In this document: positions 17,218 through 20,000 of the stretch, in pieces
Layout of the letters: each line of letters begins with the position of its first letter
How positions within the stretch are numbered: position 1 is the stretch's first letter
Origin: an uncultured virus (IMG/VR IMGVR_UViG_3300011008_000050)
Lineage: Duplodnaviria; Heunggongvirae; Uroviricota; Caudoviricetes
DNA: 20,000 nt
Virus record (IMG/VR): IMGVR_UViG_3300011008_000050
Strand: one strand, 5' to 3'
Notes under the pieces: generated by a model
Seen by the model: the letters and a program-made list of their open reading frames with translations, nothing else
Told to the model about the DNA's origin: nothing
Databases searched by the model: none
Program-made: the position numbers and the translations under genes

Positions 17218-17242
17218 GCTGCGGCAGAGCCACAGCATACTG
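17218..17242. repeat. Dispersed hairpin repeat variant (GCTGCGG-CAGAG-CCACAGC-ATACTG)
   Basis: Lies between the tRNA-like cluster and recT; stem has one mismatch. Confidence 0.6.
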
Positions 17243-17254
17243 AACACTAATTGT

Positions 17255-17336
17255 TGGTGCCAAGGAGTGGAGTCGAACCACCAACGGGACCAAATCTTAT
17301 GTGCAGCGCGTACCTTCTTATGCTGCCTTCCTTGGC
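17255..17336 (-). ncRNA. tRNA-like RNA: perfect acceptor stem, T-arm and ACCA end, no canonical anticodon arm
   Basis: GCCAAGG...GGTGG-TTCGACT-CCACT-CCTTGGC-A-CCA. Internal GCAGC/GCTGC stem. Confidence 0.7.
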
Positions 17337-17359
17337 TTTTGTTAATACTAATTTTTTTG

Positions 17360-17457
17360 TGGGAAGCGGCGGAATCGAACCGCCGTCCGAAAAGAAGCTT
17401 TTTGAAACTGAAACACAAAACTCTTGAACAGGACCTGCTTCTTTCGCCGTTCTTCCC
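17360..17457 (-). ncRNA. tRNA-like RNA resembling the tRNA-like domain of tmRNA (98 nt)
   Basis: GGGAAG/CTTCCC-A acceptor, long helix CGAAAGAAGC/GCTTCTTTTCG, GAC linker, and T-arm GGCGG-TTCGATT-CCGCC. Confidence 0.6.
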
Positions 17458-17460
17458 GTG

Positions 17461-17503
17461 TGTGGGGCTATGGCCGCTTGCCGTTGAGACTTTCCATAGC
17501 CCC
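17461..17503 (-). other. Minihelix-like hairpin GGGGCTATGG-N20-CCATAGCCCC-ACA
   Basis: Perfect 10-bp stem, 3 nt upstream of the next tRNA-like element. Confidence 0.5.
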
Positions 17504-17576
17504 GGTGTTGTCCGTGCTGTTGCGGACTGTCATCGGTTTATGGCCTTTACAGGGGGATTCCCTTCCGCTGGCTTTT

Positions 17577-17876
17577 CTATGATAGCATGAATGGGTCGTG
17601 GTAGAACTGGCTGCTGAGGTCTGAGGGGCAGGGTTGTCCGGGACGGCCTTTGCAGAGTCTCTCTTGGCCGCCTGTACGTCTGTGGGTGTGGAGATAACAG
17701 TTGGGTATGCAGCGGTAGCCGTTGCGTACAATGTTGACAGTCTCTGTAATGTCAGCCTGAATTTTCGCGTCGGCTTCTCTGATGGCATCCGCTGTTTTTC
17801 TTTTTCGTGGCTTCTGCCAGCCTTGCACTGGTCGCTGTGCGTGGATGTGGTTGAGGGTTTTCTTGATTCTTGTCAT
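17577..17876 (-). CDS. Hypothetical basic protein, 99 aa, embedded in the tRNA-like cluster
   Basis: A-rich leader AAAACAATAAAAAACATCAACC before the ATG. Confidence 0.55.
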   Translation of the reverse strand: MTRIKKTLNHIHAQRPVQGWQKPRKRKTADAIREADAKIQADITETVNIVRNGYRCIPNCYLHTHRRTGGQERLCKGRPGQPCPSDLSSQFYHDPFMLS

Positions 17877-17900
17877 GGTTGATGTTTTTTATTGTTTTGC

Positions 17901-17977
17901 TGGTGAATGGGGCAGGAGTCGAACCTGCTGTTTGCGGCTTAGGGTGCCGCAGCTCCATCCGTAGGAGTTCCCCATCC
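17901..17977 (-). tRNA. tRNA-Arg(CCT)-like gene with non-canonical positions
   Basis: GGATGGG-GA-ACTC-CTACGGATG-GAGC-T-GCGGC-ACCCTAA-GCCGC-AAACA-GCAGG-TTCGACT-CCTGC-CCCATTC-A-CCA, 77 nt. Has G8, A32 and C33 instead of U8, Y32 and U33. Confidence 0.7.
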
Positions 17978-18071
17978 GATATGCCCTGCCGCTGCAGGGC
18001 GAAAAAAAAGGTTGATGGATAAAATCACAGGGCAGATGCTTCGCAGCATGTTGTTGGTGCCCGTCTAATAC

Positions 18072-18341
18072 TTATTGAAAGTAGTCTTGATGTTTATTCT
18101 GCAGGAGTCGCAGGTCTGCGGTTCGGTATTCTACTTTGCCTGGTCGTTTGTGGCCTTCGATTTTTCCTTGGCGTACCCATCTTTCGACATTGCCTCGTCC
18201 GAAGATTCTGTATGCTTCGCGTTGGGAAACCATGTCTGGCTCTTCTTTTGCTTGCTTGAGTTGGTGGACGACGTGAGCGGCGAGGTCGGTAATGAAGGTT
18301 TCGTAGGAAACCATGCGGTCGGAGAATTGTATCTGTATCAT
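18072..18341 (-). CDS. Excisionase-like HTH DNA-binding protein, 89 aa
   Basis: MVSQREAYRIFGRGNVERWVRQGKI..KRPGKVEYRTADL fits a Xis/MerR-type winged HTH. Confidence 0.7.
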   Translation of the reverse strand: MIQIQFSDRMVSYETFITDLAAHVVHQLKQAKEEPDMVSQREAYRIFGRGNVERWVRQGKIEGHKRPGKVEYRTADLRLLQNKHQDYFQ

Positions 18342-18607
18342 GGTGGCGTGCGGTTTGTTGATGCGTGAGGGTAGCAGTAATCTGTGAGTTGGAGGTTTTC
18401 TTTTGTGATGATTTCGTCTCGATGGATTTGCCGAAGGGTCTCTGTAAGTTGTTCTTCTACTTCATCTGGGTTGTCAGGGTCGGCGTAAATCTGGACCTGT
18501 AGGGTGTGTGGTTCGCCGAAGATGGTGTAGGAGGCTTCGATGTCGAGCCATTTTGCAAAGTCGTTGATGGGCGGGTCGGCGATGTGGTTGGGATTGTAGG
18601 GTGTCAT
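18338..18607 (-). CDS. Acidic hypothetical protein, 89 aa
   Basis: ATGA overlaps on both sides. Confidence 0.65.
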   Translation of the reverse strand: MTPYNPNHIADPPINDFAKWLDIEASYTIFGEPHTLQVQIYADPDNPDEVEEQLTETLRQIHRDEIITKENLQLTDYCYPHASTNRTPP

Positions 18608-18867
18608 GGCATGTCGTCAATGTAGTTTGTTATTTCCGGGATTGATTCGGATTCCACCCAGCGGATGGTGAGGGCAGCGGCGAGTATTGCAACGAGGCAG
18701 CCTATGGCGCGGATTGCAAAGAGCGACAGGTCGGGATAGGGCGATGCCATGTGAAGGATGTGCACGGCAAGGATTTCCGGGGCGAAGACGAGTGTGGCGG
18801 CGAGCAGGAGGATGATGAAGAGTGTGTAGCTGCGCCAGAAGCGGAGGATTGCGAATAGGTACTTCAT
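18604..18867 (-). CDS. Small membrane protein with two predicted TM helices, 87 aa
   Basis: Hydrophobic runs LFIILLLAATLVFA and AIGCLVAILAAALTI; A-rich leader. Confidence 0.7.
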   Translation of the reverse strand: MKYLFAILRFWRSYTLFIILLLAATLVFAPEILAVHILHMASPYPDLSLFAIRAIGCLVAILAAALTIRWVESESIPEITNYIDDMP

Positions 18868-18881
18868 AAGTTTTTTTGTTT

Positions 18882-19019
18882 TTATTGTTTGTTAACATTG
18901 GTGCATGGTGGAATGGGTGCATGCTCTACGTAGAGCTGAATGCGTCTGCAGTAGCGTCCGTTAAGGCTGTTGTGTGCTTCAGGACAAATTGCACAAGTGG
19001 GGTTGGTTCTTGATAGCAT
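18882..19019 (-). CDS. 45-aa Cys-rich protein absent from the ORF track (MLSRTNPTCAICPEAHNSLNGRYCRRIQLYVEHAPIPPCTNVNKQ)
   Basis: ATG at 19019, TAA at 18884-18882, four Cys including CxxC. Fills the gap in the operon. Confidence 0.65.
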   Translation of the reverse strand: MLSRTNPTCAICPEAHNSLNGRYCRRIQLYVEHAPIPPCTNVNKQ

Positions 19020-19085
19020 GACTTATGTATTAAAAATTGAGTATCAATCGGCGAGGAAAAGCCCTTTTGGGGTGAATAGTTAAAA

Positions 19086-19177
19086 GGTGCTAAACTTTAA
19101 ATACTGTACGCCCGTTGGGCTTGCCCGTGCCGATGGATAGTCATACCTTTGCGGTGCTAAACTTTAAGTGTTGTACG
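19086..19177 (+). promoter_or_regulatory. Bacteroidota sigma-A promoter (CTTG 19120-19123, N20, TACCTTTG 19144-19151) flanked by 25-bp direct repeats
   Basis: TAnnTTTG match. GGTGCTAAACTTTAA-N4-TGTACG occurs at 19086-19110 and 19153-19177. Confidence 0.7.
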
Positions 19178-19179
19178 TT

Positions 19180-19383
19180 ATGATTCAGAAAGTATTCACA
19201 TTCAGTGTGGAGTGTGGCAACATTGCCGGCGGTGCTCCATGCGTTGATGGGTATGTGGACAGGATTGCCGCTGACGGTTGGCATATTACTTCCATATCAA
19301 CTACCCTTGTTCCTGTTGATGGCCTGCGTGGGAATCTGTCGTCTCACTGTGTCCTTTATTCTCTTCTGGCTGAAAAGGACTGA
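19180..19383 (+). CDS. Small antisense-oriented (moron-like) protein, 67 aa, DUF4177-like pattern
   Basis: Has its own promoter. VDRIAADGWHITSI resembles the '..GWE(L/V)V' motif of DUF4177-type proteins. Confidence 0.6.
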   Translation: MIQKVFTFSVECGNIAGGAPCVDGYVDRIAADGWHITSISTTLVPVDGLRGNLSSHCVLYSLLAEKD

Positions 19384-19714
19384 CTACCGGCGGGTGAAAC
19401 ATAAGCATTAGTTTGATGTCGTCTCTGTCGAGCGCGGCCTGTACTGCCCTGCGCAGCTCGGGATGCTTCTTGATGGCCTTTTCCATCTTGCGGAGGCGGA
19501 GCAGGTCAACGGATTCTGACTCAAGTTCTTTGCATTTCTGGTCATACAAGTCCTTGGATACAAGCTTGAAATTTTCATCTTTCTCTTCGTCTAAAAAAAC
19601 AACACTACAGTAGAATGAGAGCCACCCAAAACCAAAGCCTAAACGTGGTTTGGTGAAGAATCTCAGCGTTGGGAGAATATCGATGGTGTTGAAGTGGTTA
19701 TAGAAATTTATCAT
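19301..19714 (-). CDS. Hypothetical protein, 137 aa
   Basis: Follows 19726..19953 by 11 bp; its 3' end overlaps the convergent plus-strand gene. Confidence 0.65.
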   Translation of the reverse strand: MINFYNHFNTIDILPTLRFFTKPRLGFGFGWLSFYCSVVFLDEEKDENFKLVSKDLYDQKCKELESESVDLLRLRKMEKAIKKHPELRRAVQAALDRDDIKLMLMFHPPVVSPFQPEENKGHSETTDSHAGHQQEQG

Positions 19715-19725
19715 GATTGTTTTGG

Positions 19726-19953
19726 TTACTTGTTGCGTGTGACGTAGATGGTGGCGTAGTTGTCTGGAGTTTCAAGTTCGAAGCTGCCTGGTTCTTTTTC
19801 ATTCAGTCTCCGAATGGCGCTATAGACTGTAATCTGTGGCCCGATTTCCTTGCTTGTGAACACTGCTGTCTGACCTACAGGGATAGACTTGAACGTGTCT
19901 GGCAAACTGGGCTTCTTTACGATGGGGATTTCTATGACTTTTTTTCTTTCCAT
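19726..19953 (-). CDS. Small putative DNA-binding (Cro-like) early protein, 75 aa
   Basis: First visible gene of the early operon, with an A-rich leader. Size and position are typical, but the function is inferred only. Confidence 0.5.
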   Translation of the reverse strand: MERKKVIEIPIVKKPSLPDTFKSIPVGQTAVFTSKEIGPQITVYSAIRRLNEKEPGSFELETPDNYATIYVTRNK

Positions 19954-20000
19954 TGTTTTGATTTTTTAACTGTTTTATTTACATAAGAGATATTCTATGC

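Noticed and set aside
17189..17293. 35-aa N-terminal extension of RecT given by the ORF track
   Set aside because: It overlaps a tRNA-like element and a hairpin repeat. The ATG at 17188 has the typical A-rich leader.
17360..17457. Complete tmRNA (ssrA) gene or an att-site remnant
   Set aside because: Far too short, no tag ORF and no G3-U70. Both acceptor strands are present and no integrase is adjacent.
17938..17946. Amber suppressor (CTA) anticodon, implying stop-codon recoding
   Set aside because: The 7-nt loop ACCCTAA centres on CCT. Genes are intact in the standard code, and several end in TAG.
2049..17964. Numerous plus-strand and alternate-frame ORFs (e.g. 5827..6453, 9068..9664, 9996..10526, 14906..15481)
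   Set aside because: They are shadows of well-supported minus-strand genes, with no recognisable motifs or leaders.
17983..18009. Terminator at GCCCTGC-CGCT-GCAGGGC followed by an A-run
   Set aside because: On the transcribed minus strand the U-run precedes the hairpin, so the geometry does not fit an intrinsic terminator.
1..20000. DGR reverse transcriptase, Avd or template repeat
   Set aside because: No RT motifs in any ORF, and no second AAY-rich copy of 8422-8600 was seen in the window.

Overview
A gene-dense 20 kb segment of a tailed phage or prophage of a Bacteroidota host. The host call rests on TAnnTTTG-type promoters, AT-rich SD-less leaders, and DUF4373 and HU genes; Prevotella-like is a guess. 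The left end (1-5.6 kb) is a late/virion region. It holds the end of a probable lysis gene, three paralogous ring/adaptor-like genes (+), and a convergent operon (-) ending in a 903-aa tail stabilisation/muzzle-like protein. Both operons start at a shared, identically spaced promoter motif that abuts the ATG. From 19953 to 5606 a long minus-strand early/middle operon encodes putative Cro-like and Xis-like regulators, a RecT/RecE-like recombination module, SNF2 helicase, HU, VRR-NUC, a DUF4373 initiator, DUF5131, a DNA methyltransferase and ASCH. Three signals go beyond the gene calls. First, a packed cluster of four tRNA-like RNAs lies upstream of recT, only one a full cloverleaf and one resembling the tRNA-like domain of tmRNA. 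Second, about 12 co-oriented hairpin repeats with covarying stems sit after stop codons and in frame inside genes. Third, a small CLec-fold gene carries the hallmarks of a DGR variable region but has no RT or template repeat in the window. All family assignments are by eye and have not been verified by database search.
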